Origin: Nemertoderma westbladi
Taxonomy: Eukaryota; Animalia; Xenacoelomorpha
Length of the DNA: 64,000 bases
Assembly (NCBI GenBank): GCA_032718475.1
Contig: JAUCBJ010005505.1
Coordinates: 1-64,000 of the forward strand
Reading direction: 5' to 3'
Notes under the pieces: generated by a model
What the model saw: the letters and a program-made list of their open reading frames with translations, nothing else
Told to the model about the DNA's origin: nothing
Databases searched by the model: none
Shown: piece by piece, positions 13,101 through 28,100 of the stretch
Position numbering within the stretch: the stretch's first letter is position 1
How the letters are laid out: each line of letters opens with the position of its first letter
Translations under genes and position numbers: made by a program

Positions 13101-16100
13101 CAATGGAAATTATTTAAAAATAATGAATTTACGCAAAACGAAAATAAAGCTGATCTTGACGCACTTAAATATTAAATTCAAAAGCACTTTCTGGTTGTAC
13201 AATCTAGAGGTTTATTTATTATATTACAGTATGACTTGAATTACGTAATTTTATTCGAAAAAGGGAAATATTTAATTAAAAGAAAGACGTTATTTTGGAA
13301 AAATTAAAATGTAAATATTAAATTTCATTAAACTCAACCACCAAAAATTATTCTCACAGAAAAGGCCCTTATAAAGTGATACATTATTTGGCCTATACAT
13401 CATATTCTATACTATATTTCCATTTCCGAATAAAAAACATAAATGAATTTAAGAAATAATGGTTACTTTACTTAGATGGAAATCCCCGAAAAATAATACA
13501 TGAAACTAAATTAGATCCTAGCCTATTACATATTATGTTTATCAAATAAAAGATTAATAACGACATACAAAGACACACCGCCGCCTACAAATCCAAAAAC
13601 TATAAGAAAAATATCTTTAACAATAATAAACCAGGACAGTCTACCTTTCATAAGTCGCAGGTGGAACAAGCCAGGGAGGATAAAAGCGAGCGAAGTGCTG
13701 GCTAAAGCACCGCTAAATGCGGTGAAATATGCGAAATCGTCGAAAAACAAAATGGCGACTAACAGCGTGACAAACACCAGAACAAAACGACATAAGTTAC
13801 GCTTCCAAGTGGAAACTGTTTGCGGTATAGGTACAGCAAATGTACATAACAAGGATCTATTACTACTCCGCAAAGTGCTACACGAATGTAGAAGTTGATT
13901 ATGTTCGTCCCGACACCCTGAATGTATTAGCGACTCGGAACTACCAATAAGTGACTCAACATCGCATTTCATTGATTCATCACTATTAGACGACTCGCAC
14001 GCATCGATTTCCATTAAAGATGGTCCAAATATTGTCCCAGGAGTAAATAACGCTCGCTCTAAAATTTCTATGCAAGGGTATAACTGTAATGGATATGTAA
14101 AAATAACTGCAATAATTAGTAGACAGATAACCACTTTAACAACGGAAGATTCAATATCTAAGTTTTGGAGAATAATCTGTTGAACGTGAATTCCATTATC
14201 GAGATACCCAAGGATTCCACAAGATGCGAACATTGAAGTTATTATAAATGTTGTGGCGAAGAGAAATTTGGGAAATCTATGACGGTTTCCTTCCATCGAT
14301 GTTTCTATAGGAATAACAGTTCCAATACCTTCGTAGGAGCTTGCTACCATCCCAAAAAACATTGGAAATGTTGCCCAATTAAAAAACTCTAAATCAGTAG
14401 CAAACGATAATTCATTAACAAATATAATATCGTTAAGAATTAGACCCAAAACCACCATAAAACCAGAAACAAGACATAGATTAGCTACAAAGCTTACAGG
14501 GCCCATTCCTCTTATATTCCGTATTATTGAGGTTAATATAAATATAGGTAGGGGTATCAAACACATAAGGAATTGATTAGAGGAGACGGAAACATTCACA
14601 GAGTTAGTTGTCATCGGGATGAGAGGTGTTGAAGCATCAACATTATATGTTGTGTAAAATGGGAAGGCTGTTTCATTGGTAGAATTCAATGAGGTGCTAG
14701 TGATAGACGAAGCAGACGTTGTGTTACTAAACCGGATTTGTAAAAGAGAAGCTAATTGATTTCCAATGAATATAAAATAGCCAATACAGAATCCCATTTG
14801 CGATATAAAAACGTTTACATTTACTAAGTGACTTCCCCATTTCCCGATAGCGATGGCTCCAATATTTCCGTACGATATATTCCTTTCTACTCGGTTAAGT
14901 TTTTCTTTGATATCAGAAGGACTCGATGAATCTGATATTTCGTTGCTATAGTTACCCTCTCCGTACACAGCAATGCGAACTGCTTCACGTTTGCATTTAA
15001 CAATCAGCTGACAGCAGTGCACTGCTACTATGGAAACAATTAATAACATTACCGATCCGTTAACAAGTCCAGCCTGGTAGAACCCAAAAGGCATAGATAA
15101 GTAGTTGGTACCGATAAACGCCTTGAAGACATTGGCAAAGTCCGTACAATTCTTGACAGCAACAGATAATCTTGAATTTCCTCTTGGCGCAAACTTCCTT
15201 GTCCTCGAATTATAAGATATGCTTCCATATTCGTCCATTATTTATACAAAGTATTGAGTATCTATTCTGTCATTGTACTGTGAACTAACTACAAAGCAAA
15301 ATTCTAAATTCTAAATAAAATAACTGAACCACTTCTATGACATTGTGTTAATAGACATAGGAAATATTTTACAACTTTTAATATCAATCATTACACACGA
15401 ACCAAACCAATATTATTATTATTACACAATATTAGTACATTGTTAAGAAAATTCATTGACATTTTCATAAGGTACAAATTAATTTAAATATCCCTCTTGA
15501 CCTTTCGCATTTGGCTTCAGATAATTAACACTTGCCAATAATCACTAACAAAACTGTATAGTTTAGTTATAGTCGAGTAGGTAGAGTTAGTTAATAACTG
15601 CGACAAAATTACCAGGGGTTAGTTTTTCTGCCACATTAATTATTGGTCTTAGAACCTATATCTTAATTCATATATAGAAATAGGATATTTTTCGTATCAC
15701 TGGATAATTTCATTTTTTAGAATAACCCTTTATTCCACATAATTAACATTTTAAGCGATTTATAACTTACAGTTCCGGAATAAATATAAATTATATTTTT
15801 CTATATACACATACATGGTTGGAAGGTGGAACTGAAACGTGGGTTATTATGAGTTAGTTAATTAGTTTATTAACAGTAGCCATATAATGATAATATACAC
15901 GGCATAAAATTAAATACAATTATTAGCAACAAATAGTTTACAGTGATAAATTGAACTAAATTAATATTACCTTTACACAACAATTTATTTGAGTCAAAAG
16001 GGGATTCTATGCTGTCAAAAAACAATGTAATGAATTTGGTACGTAAATCATTTTGTGGCCATTTCAACAGGGTGTGACTTTATCTAGACACCGGGTTCAT

Positions 16101-19100
16101 TCATTGTGACAAGTACGATAAACACATCAATCCAACACAACACTCCAATCAGACTCTGTACAACAACGGCGGTGTTTCATTAATCAACTTTAGCTTGACA
16201 CTTGAACGGAGCCGCCTCCGCTATGTAGGACATTGCTTTTGCCGTGAGGATCAGCCAGTGCATAATTTTGTACTTTGGCGGCCTCATGAAGTGAATAAGC
16301 ATGGTGGACAGCCAATGGCGTTCTTGAGGCGCATCTAAAAGGAAACTGGCCTTGAAGATGCGGATGATCTACAAATGTCATGGGTGATAGGGAGTTGTGG
16401 CGGCGCAATATTGTCGACAAGACCGGCCATGACCGGCACAGCATTCTTAATATATATGTAATATATATATAATGCAGCTGCAATGCAGCATGCCGATCAT
16501 ACCAACAGCCATAATTACAATCGCCGTAATACTGGATATATAATATAACAGCTGAACCAGTGTTAATACGTTAATACGGGTGTAAACCTGCTATAGTAAT
16601 CACCAGTCAGTAACCTGTAATTCGTTGTATTTCCGGTATTTAGGCAAACTGTATCAGACAACTCACACCACATATACCGGTACTTCCTGGAAGAGAAGAA
16701 GCCGTGGCGAAGCCTGGATATCCTCCCGGTACAACAGTTTAAATAGAGCATGGGACGGTAAAAAGGAAATAACGGAACGGTATTGGATATTTTGTGGAAT
16801 AAAATGAGGTAATACATGAAAAACAATTATGATTTATTATATGGAAAAAAAGTATAGTCATTTTTACCCTTTGACCTTTAAGATCCATCCAATGTCTATT
16901 AAGGAACAAATTCGCAATTTATAGGAAAATAGTTGCCTTTCTTTCACTTCTATCAAGGTAATTGTAGGAATCAAGCAAACTATTTATTCCTGCAACATCG
17001 GTTATCCGCCCAGAAACGGAAAAAACAAGGAACCAACCATCGGGGGTTGACTACTACTAACGGCATGCTGCATTGCAGCTGCATTATATATATATATATT
17101 ACATATATATTAAGAATGCTGTGCCGACAGTATAGTCAGTTGCCGGCAACATAGTTGCGCCTCCACAACTTCATATCACCCATGACATTTGCTAGATCAT
17201 CCGCATCTTCAAGGCCAGTGTCCTTTAAGATGCGTCTCAAGAAAGTCATGGGCTGTCCACCATGCTTATTCACTCCATGAGGCTGCCAAAGTACGAGATT
17301 ATGCACTGGCTGGTCCTCACGGCGAAAGCAATGTCCTGAAAAGCGGAGGCGGCTTTATTCTAGTCTCAGGCTTGGGGGAACCAATGAGACACCTCCAATG
17401 TTATATAGTGTCTGGTTGGAGATGTGTGCATTGTACTTGACACAGTGAACCCGGCGTAGCATTCTTGTGAATGTGCCATCCAGAGATTTGGTGTACTCAG
17501 CAGTTAGAGCCCAGCATTGACTCCCATGGAGGAGTACTGGAACTACTGCAGCTCTAAATAATCGGACCTTAAGTTTCCGATTAATTCTCGGTGACTTCCA
17601 AATCCTGGAAAGCCTATTCAAGGCTGCCCATGCCTTTCCCTTACGTATTCGAAGGTCCTCATCTGACTTCCGGATCCATGATCCCAGGTAACAGAAGTCG
17701 TCCACATGCTCAAGCATACCATCCTTTGAGCTTATGCTCATCCGGTCAGAGACTTGCTGAGGACTTTCAAAGTTAACTGTCAACATTTTGGTCTTTTTGG
17801 AGTTAATACAAAGACCAACACTAGAAGCAGCCTGTTCTATTGAGCTGATGAGCCGTTTGGCTCCCTCTAGTGATTCTGAGAGTACTCCTAAATCATAAGC
17901 AAAGTCTAGATCAGTTCGGTACTTGGCAGGATTTCCTAGTCTTCTGGAACCAGTAGGTGGAGTTACCATCTCCCCCATCATCATTGTGATGATCTAAGAA
18001 CATGCGTAGAACATAGTCAACTACAATTATGAACAAGAATGGCGCAAGTGTTTCTCCCTGTAGGACTCCCCATAACACTTAAAATTGTTCTGTGTCACCA
18101 TCAACAGTAGACACAGATGTTGTCGAACCATCTTATACTGATGTCAGCAATACTCCAATTCCAAATTTTTTTAAATAAAATTTGAAAAGAAAGTTCCAGC
18201 TTTCCGCACGTCATGACCACTGGGACCTGTGTGGGTATATACAGTTGCATAGGCTTCTTCTGTAACTGTGTGCCAGTACTTTCGAAAGGGTGAAATCCTG
18301 TAAATTTTCTGAATGGTGGTTGACATGCTGTTGTAGACACAAGGAATACTTGAGCAGAGAGACAGAGGCATTGAAGCCCCCAAGGATAACAAGAAAAGCA
18401 TGTTGATCTACCTCATCCCTCAGTCGCCATTGGTGTTATCCATCAAAGTGCCAAAATGGGCTCCATGGTCCCACGACCTTTACGGAACCCATTCTGATTT
18501 CCACGGAGCACTCTCTCAATGGGATCCCTGATGCGATTTAATAGAATTCTATTGTATAGCTTTGCAGCAATCGAGATCAATGAGATTCCCCCAAAAGAAC
18601 CATAGAGAGTTAGGTTGCCCTTCTTGGGAAATGGCACCAACATTTTTTGTTTTCATTTCTTGTGGGACTCTTGTCGTTCTGTACATGTCTAATATGATGG
18701 GAGCTTTAAACACTCAGGTATTTGAAAGACCTTAGGGGGAACACCATCTACTCCACTGGCACGATTGGTCTTAGTGCTCTTCGCAGCACTCTTCACTTCT
18801 GCAAAGGAGATATACAGGAACTGTTTCTGCTAACTTAACTGCTTCTGTGAAGGCAATATAGCCCTCGCAGTGATCTGCCGCCTCAAAGGCAAGAACCTCA
18901 TACCTGTAGCTCAGCTGTAGTGTGAAGCTGGATTTCACACATGGGTGTTGCAACAGAGAGGACCAGTCATGTCGCGGCAAGGCAGATTTCGTTATTCTGC
19001 CATTGGGGGTTGAACGCCCTACTTGTTGCAACGACCAGTCTGCCCATTCCATAACCGCTCAACTCAAATGCATTTATATTAAGCAATCGGTTAAAAAAGC

Positions 19101-22100
19101 AATTTTAAGGAATAATAATTTCTAAGGAATAAAAATATATTTCTTCCCTTATGATCGACCACCTTTAGTCAGTCCAATTGGCCAATGGACTAAATAACAT
19201 GATTGGTTAAAAAACTTTATATATTTTCTTATTTCATACCTGCTCCCAGCAATGGGAACTTTGAATTCCCATTAAACCCTCAAATTGATTAAACTTAATT
19301 GAAAACACATTAATATATTATAAGTCTATATATTCTAAAGTTAAACAAGATTTGTTGACCCTGCTCCAGAGTTTCACGACCCTCCAAAGCGACACATAGA
19401 GAAAACATTATAATATTTTTTACATTTGCATCTGAAACCAAAATTAATTTATTTAAAAATTAGAGTAAACTGCTCGGTGAACGTGAAACACAAAACAACA
19501 GAACCAAGATTAATGAGACACTTTAACTTCCAAGGTTTATATTTGGATGGGCTCACCAGTTATAAATTAAATACAACATCAGCAGGCACCGTAATATAGA
19601 TCAATCGCAATAATATTTATTTCTGTTAATATTTTTAAATGTTGAGTTCGCCATTCTTTAATAAACCCATTACAGTTTATGTATGTTTGTTAATTAGCGA
19701 TGTGATTACCACGTATAAAGAAACTGTGCCGCCTACAAATCCAAACACTATAAGAAAAATATCCTTAGCAATAATAAACCAGGACAGTCTACCTTTCATA
19801 AGTCGCAGGTGGAACAGGCCAGGGAGGATAAAAGCGAGCGAAGTGCTGGCTAAAGCACCGCTAATTGCGGTGAAATATGCGAAATCGTCGAAAAACAAAA
19901 TGGCGACTCCAAGAGTAACCAGAACGAGAAACCAACGACACACGTTTCGTTTCATCGCTGACACCGATTCTGGAATAGGAACCGACATTTCGGAATGAAA
20001 TGAACTCTGTTTATGAGACGCCACCAAGTCGGTTGCTGGTAATAGTGGTCTCTCTTCACTATCACTCGCGGGCAAAGAAGAACTACCAACAAGGAAATCA
20101 ACATCATGAGTTTCAGTGCTACCTACACCATTCGTACTAGTTCCATTAGGAGCATCAACTTCTGTTAACAGAGGGCCACATATTTTCCCCGGGGTGAATA
20201 TCCCTCTTTCCAATATTTCTATACAAGGGAATAATTGTAAGGGATAGGTGAATATAACAGCCACAACGAGCAGACAAACAATTACTTTAACAATAAAGGA
20301 ATCCATATCTAAGTTTTGTAAAACAATTTGTTCAACGTGATTCCCGTAGTCCAAGTAACCAAGAATCCCACAAGAAGCGAGGATGACACTAATAATGAAA
20401 GTAGTTGCGAATAGAAACAAAGGAAATCTATGACGGTTTCCTTCCATCGATGTCTCTATAGGAATAACAGTACCAATACCTTCGTAAGCGCTTGATACCA
20501 TCCCAAAAAACACCGGGAAAGACGTCCAATTGAATAATACTGGAACTTCTATATGAGAAATACCTTTAACGAAAATAATATCGTTAAGAATTAAACCCAA
20601 AACAACAGCAAAACCAGAAACAAGACATAGATTAGCTACAAAGCTTACAGGGCCCATTCCTCTTATATTACGTATTATTGAGGTTAATAGAAATATAGGC
20701 AACGGCATTAAACATAGTATCAAATGATTAGGAGCGCTTGGAGTATATACTGTGGGGTCTAAAGTCGGCATCGCGGAGGAAAATACCGGGGATATAGGGG
20801 TTGTGGTGTTACCTGCTGCGTTGAAAAATGGCGTCGTATTCATATTATGTAGAACAGAATATGAGTCTAATAAGTTGTTAAGACGCGGAGTTGTGTCATT
20901 AGTTTTTTTTTCAAATGGAAAAAGAGAAGCTAATTGATTTCCAATGAATATAAAATAGCCAATACAGAATCCCATTTGAGATATAAAAAGGTTTACATTT
21001 ACTAAGTGACTACCCCATTTCCCGATAGCGATGGCTCCAATATTTCCGTAAGATATATTCCTTTCTACTCGGTTAAGTTTTTCTTTGATATCAGAAGGAC
21101 TCGATGAATCTGATATTTCGTTGCTATAGTTACCCTCCCCGTACACAGCAATGCGAACTGCTTCACGTTTGCATTTAACAATCAGCTGACAGCAGTGCAC
21201 TGCTACTATGGAAACAATTAATAACATTACCGATCCGTTAACAAGTCCAGCCTGGTAGAACCCAAAAGGCGTTGATAAGTAGTTGGTACCGATAAACGCC
21301 TTGAAGACATTGGCAAAGTCCGTAGCATTCTTTGTGAAGGCGGAGACCCTAACGCGTCTTCTTGGTCTAAAATCGTTGGATTCCGAGAGATACGACGAAA
21401 TTCCGTTTTCCTCCATGAAGTCCAACCGGCTCCGTTATTACAGATGAAATGTTCGGCTCAGGATTAATTGTTGGTTTATTGCAAGATAAAATCTAATAAG
21501 AATGAATACCAAAAAGGTAATACTCTACTCTAGAGTGTGATGTGCAGTATACTAAAATATAATGTGTACGTTTAGTATAGATATACAGGTTGATATGATT
21601 GGTGTGGGCTGGAAGAATGTTAACCAATATTGTATTGTCTTGGGTCATTTCTACCGGCCCAAGATTATCCAGTTTTTCAGGCTTCGTTTGTTGTGTTGGT
21701 TAAGCCCCGTTTTAGACCGCAGCTACGTGCGTCTGTAGCTGCACGTAGCCCTACATTTGTAGCCAATTCTCAAACAGTCTAGGGGTATCGAATTATCTGT
21801 AGTATCTAATTACCGGAAGTGGTACTGTAGCTGCACGTGCAGTTAGGTGCCAGTGCGCGGTCTTGCAGCTCTAAAATGGAGCTTTAGGGATAATACACCC
21901 ACTGTGAGCTGTTCAATTCCCATTGATAACACTTGTAACCTGATTCTTTCTGTACTTCGTATTGGTTAGAACATAAACATTTTGGTACAGGTGGACAAAT
22001 CCAATAGGATTCTAGGGAATAATCAGGGCAGCGAATAAATGCTACTTGTTTAGAATCGCAGGAAATGGATACAATTGCATACAATATTGCAATTCCACAA

Positions 22101-25100
22101 CAATTATTGACAGAAAAAATCGGACCTTAAGTTTCCGATTAATTCTCGGTGACTTCCAAATCCTGGAAAGCCTATTCAAGGCTGCCCATGCCCTTCCCTT
22201 ACGTATAAAAATGAACAGGTCACAGTGCGACGTTATTCTAACCAACATAATAAAAAGAAATAAAAGACAATAGCATCAGGACAGAGTTTAATTTTTTTTT
22301 GGAATAAACAGCTGTTATTTGAATCGATTTCCCCGCCGAAGCGGGATTAATTTTGATTGCGTCAAGAACACCGTCCCCCCCCCCCCCCACCCCGTCTGCC
22401 TCGACTCTATAACTATCGGTAGGCCTACTACTCTGTATGTGTACTTCAATTTATGTACCGATAGTACAGTAACTACTACCGTATGGTAGGAATAATGAAG
22501 ATTATCTTAAAATAATATTGAAATAAATGGTCTTTAAATAATATTATCAGTCGTTCGATAATGAATTCAAAGTTCATATGTGATGTGATATTGGGATATA
22601 GATAAAGGAAAAATATAAAACAATGCAAAGTACACGAGTACAGTTACCGGTACCGTTTGTGACGCAGCGGAAAATTTCAGAGTTTAACAATTTAATTTAC
22701 ACACTGATTACAGATCGGTACTGGAAAGTGTATGGAAAGTTTTTGATCTAAAGTAAACAGTTCACCTTCGGCTTGGGTATTGTACGTAATGGAAGGGGAA
22801 ACAATTTGGCAAAGTTAACATTGAATAGCAACCTGCAATATTGTGTATTTAATTCTACATAATTCTCAACCATAAGCCATAATAATATGAATATATTGTA
22901 TTTATTATGTCCATATGTATTAACTATGAGATCATACGTATTGCATTGAGTTTGTATATTTCATGTGCTGATGTATTGCATGTGCGGCTGTATTGCATAA
23001 CGTATGTGTGACTGTATATTATATGTGTGACAATTCAATCGCCAAAATTTAATTTGGCAAAATATTAGGTGTTAACCAGTAGTGGGTACTGCTACTTTGT
23101 GTTCACTTCACTCTGCCAATCGGTACCATATTTATCATTAGTAGTAAATGTGGTGATATGATATGGTTGAATAGATAAATAAACTCGACAGTATGTAGTT
23201 GTATCACAATATGCTAAACCCGAGTCAAAATTATGAAAAGGAACCTCTGTCTAATGTAACAAAACCTAGCCAAGCTATTCTAACCAGTGCTTTAATGTAA
23301 CAAAAACTAACCATGTTAATCAGCCTTCTGACTGCCAGACTCACCTGGGTTGAAACATTATTCTCGATATTCGTTTCAGCGGCACTAATTCTCTGAAAAG
23401 CAAAGAAAACTTGTTAATAATAAAATAATGTCAATGAAATGATACAGCGTCTTAATATAAAGAGTATTACTACAACAGATTGTCATGTAAGAGAATGAAA
23501 GGGGCTGACTTGAAACAGATACATGCAGTTTACAGCTCTGCAAAGTCTGCAATGACGTGAAGCGGGTTCGAACTGATGACCCCCGGGTTGGAAGTCTGAC
23601 GCTCCAACATAGAGGTCACCAGTTCGATACCACCTGGACGTCATTCATTGCCGACTTTGCAAAGCTGTGCCCAAAAAAAGTTATAATAATATGAAACCAC
23701 TCATTCACCCAAAACGAAAACACTAAATAAATTATAATAATAGCCGCAATGTCGATACAACGCTCTTACAACAGTTAGTGGCGGCGCCATTTGAATTGCT
23801 AACTTTACAAGGAAATATATTTATTATTTTATTTATATTTTATTATTTATTATATTTATTATTACTCATTTATATGAATTCATTTAATTATCATCGCATT
23901 GCTGTGTCCCTAAGCAGGATACTTTAGACATTAGTGTTCACGTAAACCAATGGGAACATGGTTTCTGCTGAAGAAAAGGTTGGTTTAAGGAGAGTTCAAC
24001 ATTGGGAGTTAGTGTGGCGCCCTTACTGCCTTATAGGTAACAACGCTGAAGAAAGGGTTGGTTTAAGGAGAGTTCAACATTGGGAGTTAGTGTGGCGCCC
24101 TTACTGCCCTATATCACTTTACTCTGTAAATTTCGGTTTCAATATTGTAAAATGAATTTAACAAGTGTCAACCATAAATAATCACAACAGCCGCTCCACA
24201 GCTATTCATATCCTTTTCGTCATTTGTTGTTATCGATATAAATGTTTACGTAATAGGATTTCAAATCTATAAACACACCCCCCCCCCCCCCCCCCCCCTC
24301 ATAATTTCTTGATTACTAGAAATCCAGCAAGCTGGCTTTAAACGAACCAGCCCCTCAAACCAGTACCCTGAGTGAGTGAAAATGAAAACACGAAAATTGC
24401 CATCAACTCAACGATAGAAACACCAGCTGCTGGTACTCATGTGGGCCTAGTAAGCTACTACTATTTATTGAATGGATGGCCCAAACTGCAGAGAAGTATA
24501 TTACTTGCTAAATTTATTACTCTCTCACTCTATCCCAGACAGTAATCAAACATCAACTGTTAGTTTGTATAATGTGCGCATAAAAGTAACGATATTTGAA
24601 AAGATTCTGAGGCTCATATATGTTACTCAAATGACTGAATAGCCCAAATAAAAAAGTTGGTGCCTACTCGACGAGTGTTGAAATCTGTGAAATTCGACTT
24701 TAAAATTTCAAAACCGCAAGTTCAGTGACCCCGTGATTGATGCGCCACAAAAAATATACAGTCTTGTGCGCAACCAAAATTCATGTAGAGTTTGTTATTC
24801 AAATTTTTGCGTACCTGTTTGAGTTTTTGAGATATTGGATAGTTATATATACATATTTTCGCAGTGTCGCAGTGTCCGAGTGGATACGGCGCCTGAACTG
24901 CCTACACAATAGTGTTTGGTGGCTCTGGTTCGAATCCGACTAAAGGCTGTAGAAATTTCGCACTGTTGTGTCCCTAGGAAAGACACTTTAGACATTAGTA
25001 CCTACGCCAACCCAGCGGTAAAATGGGAACCTGGCTTCGCTGGCCGCTGGAGTAATGCTAATAAAAGCGCTTTGAGTATGCCGAGCGTAGAAAAGCGCTA

Positions 25101-28100
25101 TATAAATAATCAATATTATTATTAATATTATTTATTACATATACATACATATACTCAAGTCCAGTCAATGCAGTCAGCACAGAAGCACAGTGCAGACAGC
25201 TCCGTGTAAATCAACACCGTGTAAATCAACACCGTGTAAATCAACACCGTGTAAATCAACACCGTGTGGTATATATACTATATAACCATATCGTGTTTTT
25301 GAACGGCTCATCTCTTGACAAGAACTACCGTGGCCTATTAATGGGCAGGTTCGTTATTAACTATTCAATAGGCAGAGCTGCAAGTATGTGTTGGCAAACA
25401 AAGTCGGTTGATTGAATACCAATAGGGAAACCTCAGGTTGACATCAGTGGAAGGAAATGACATTACTATAGCAACCAATAACACTTCAAGGTGGCATAGC
25501 TCACCTGCTCAGACAGGACTTAATTATTTATTATTCACTGAATAACATAATTTGCATAGAATATTAAAATATTTGCATTAATTATGATAGAATAAGTCGT
25601 AACGTAAATGACTAAATGTAAGTAAAATATTAATAAAGGCATACAGTACGTACCGCAAAAACAAAATAATTAGACATTGCGGATGGGAATAAGGATAATT
25701 GAAGATCAAGATTGATTGATTTAATTTTTTTTTTCCTTTTTTTTTTAGTAATTCAGTAATTCGTAATTAATGGTAACTCAAGCTTCTACTTCAACTACAA
25801 TTAATATATATTAAATTTACCAAAGAAGTATGTCTTAATTTTTAATAATATATAATACAGTAATACCAATTACTATACTAAACTGGCTGTAACTAAACTA
25901 CTGTACAACAGCTGCCAATTCATTTTAGAATGCAATTTTAATGTTGTGAAAATAACTACCTAAGATAAAAAGATAGTTTTAATCATGAGTGGGAATGCTG
26001 AAGAAGATGACGAAAGTAGGATAGCGGACAGTCGCGTGAACACCGGTACTGACCGAACCGGTACCGGTTACACTGCCAGACTCCATACAGGTACCAGCTA
26101 CACCGACAGACTCGGTACCGGTACCGACTACACTGACAGACTCCCCGACGACGCCAGCGAGGTAGATGAGCCGATCGGTTCTAGAAGAACCCCAGGAACA
26201 CCCCCACCGTCGGCTAAACCCAAGCTGGACAGAACCGAAGCCGCCACTGTTGTACAGAAAGCCTGGAGGAGGTACATCGATGTCCAGGTTTACAAGTATT
26301 ACAGAGACATGATCAACTTTAAGAGTAGAGGTTGGTCCAACCGTTTTATAAACAATAGGTTGCCATGTGAGATTAAAAATATAATTTTTGGTGGAATTTC
26401 TTAAATTTTATTACATGTATTCAAAGAGCAACGACGTTGAAAAGGTTTGCAAGTATTTTGAGAAAAATCCACTCACACACTCAAATGTTATTGCAACTTT
26501 AGCTAGGCGAACTCCAAAACGTAACTCAATTATCCAATATTGATTTATGTAGTTAAGCGGCTCTCTAGTTACGTATAATAAATATTCGAGAACACTAAAT
26601 TATTTAACATTGCAGTAAGGCAGCATCAGAAGTTGAATAGTACAATAATTTGGATCGCAGTAACTATGGAAGCAATATAGTGAAATACTACAAACAGTTC
26701 AATTACTTTTAACACTTTAACTCTCTATATTTTATTAAAGAATTGAGCAACAAAAAAGTACCAATTTAAGAATAAAATTGTTTTTGCTATAATATTGTGT
26801 TATATTGGATTTATCATTATAAAAAAACGTTTTGATTAAAATTAAAGTTAGTAAAGTACTTATACTGTAATTAAGTACTTTATAATACAACCGGATTAAA
26901 ATATAGTCATGCCGTTCACTGTACAATTTATCATGCGCCTAATATTTGTCGTTAAAGGAATACAATTAATACGTTCTTCTGTAAAGCGTCGAACCGCGGT
27001 TAAAACAACAACTTCTGTATTATATTGTATTTATTTACAGGAGATCCCAACTTAATGCTTCGTTGTATCAACCCGAGCGAAGCGAAAGTTATCGACTCGG
27101 CCGCAGGGACTTTCATTAGGTTCCGTCTCGGCGGCATTAAATTCCCTCCCAACATATATTATAAGATTTACACACGAAGGCCTGTCCAGGATGTGGGAGC
27201 GAACGCCCCCAGAGATTACACGGCGCTTAGCTGCAAACAGCTACCCGCCAAGTACAAAAACTCCAGGTAACTTTGTTTGAGCGTAAAACAAAAATTACCT
27301 CAATTACATATCAAATATTTAATCCAGATTTCTCACATATTTAACCCCCGTACCATCAACACTAGTATCACAGTTATGTCCTCAAGCAATGATAGTACCT
27401 AAGTTCAGTTCATGTATTCCCATGCATACTTTGAGTTTTCAAGCAGTAAAACCCATTTATAGAGAGAGATTTAGTTTCGTATTCAGACAAATTATTTGAC
27501 CCTTAATTTTCCTTATGATATCCCGTGAGACAATTTTACAAGTTGTACTATCCTTTCAGTTGGCCTAAATATGATCTCCCACTCCATAGCGAAATATTCA
27601 TCCGGTCTGGTAGCTCAGTGCACTCACCCGGCTGATGATAACCATAAGTTTGAAACCTAAGTACCGGGTTCGAGCCCCAATAGGGCCGGTTGAGTATAAT
27701 TTTACAATGATGTTAATATTGTGGTTTCCATTCCAGCTGGCTCTCGATATTAACTGTGATTGTTTAATGAAAATGTCGGAATTTATTTTTAATTTAATTT
27801 AATTATAATATTAAATATTATATATCCATAAATATCAATAAATATATCAATATCAATAAAAATCAATATATATATATATTAAACTTAATATTAATTATAA
27901 TAATTTAATTATATTTCCAATTTAATTGATTGTAGAATTCTGACAGAAATCAACAACAAAACCACTAAAGACGGTTGGTATCGACGTTGGGAAAACAACG
28001 GATGGCGATTGGTTCCCGATAGACTGGTTCTATCTCTAGAAACCTCCATACCTGGTTACCATGACAATAAAAGGAAGGAGTTCCACCCGGTAAAGTTTGT

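Noticed and set aside
16667-16686. 20-nt segment between strong minus-strand acceptor and donor motifs
   Set aside because: Not frame-preserving for ERC; may be a 5' UTR exon of transporter A but cannot be supported without transcripts.
23572-23600. CTGATGA hammerhead-like motif
   Set aside because: No GAAA after a plausible stem II; the motif is part of a SINE-like fold-back.
24862-24935. tRNA gene (also 3700-3770, 9255-9345, 27605-27690, 44085-44157)
   Set aside because: A and B boxes are present but there is no consistent cloverleaf; these read as SINE heads.
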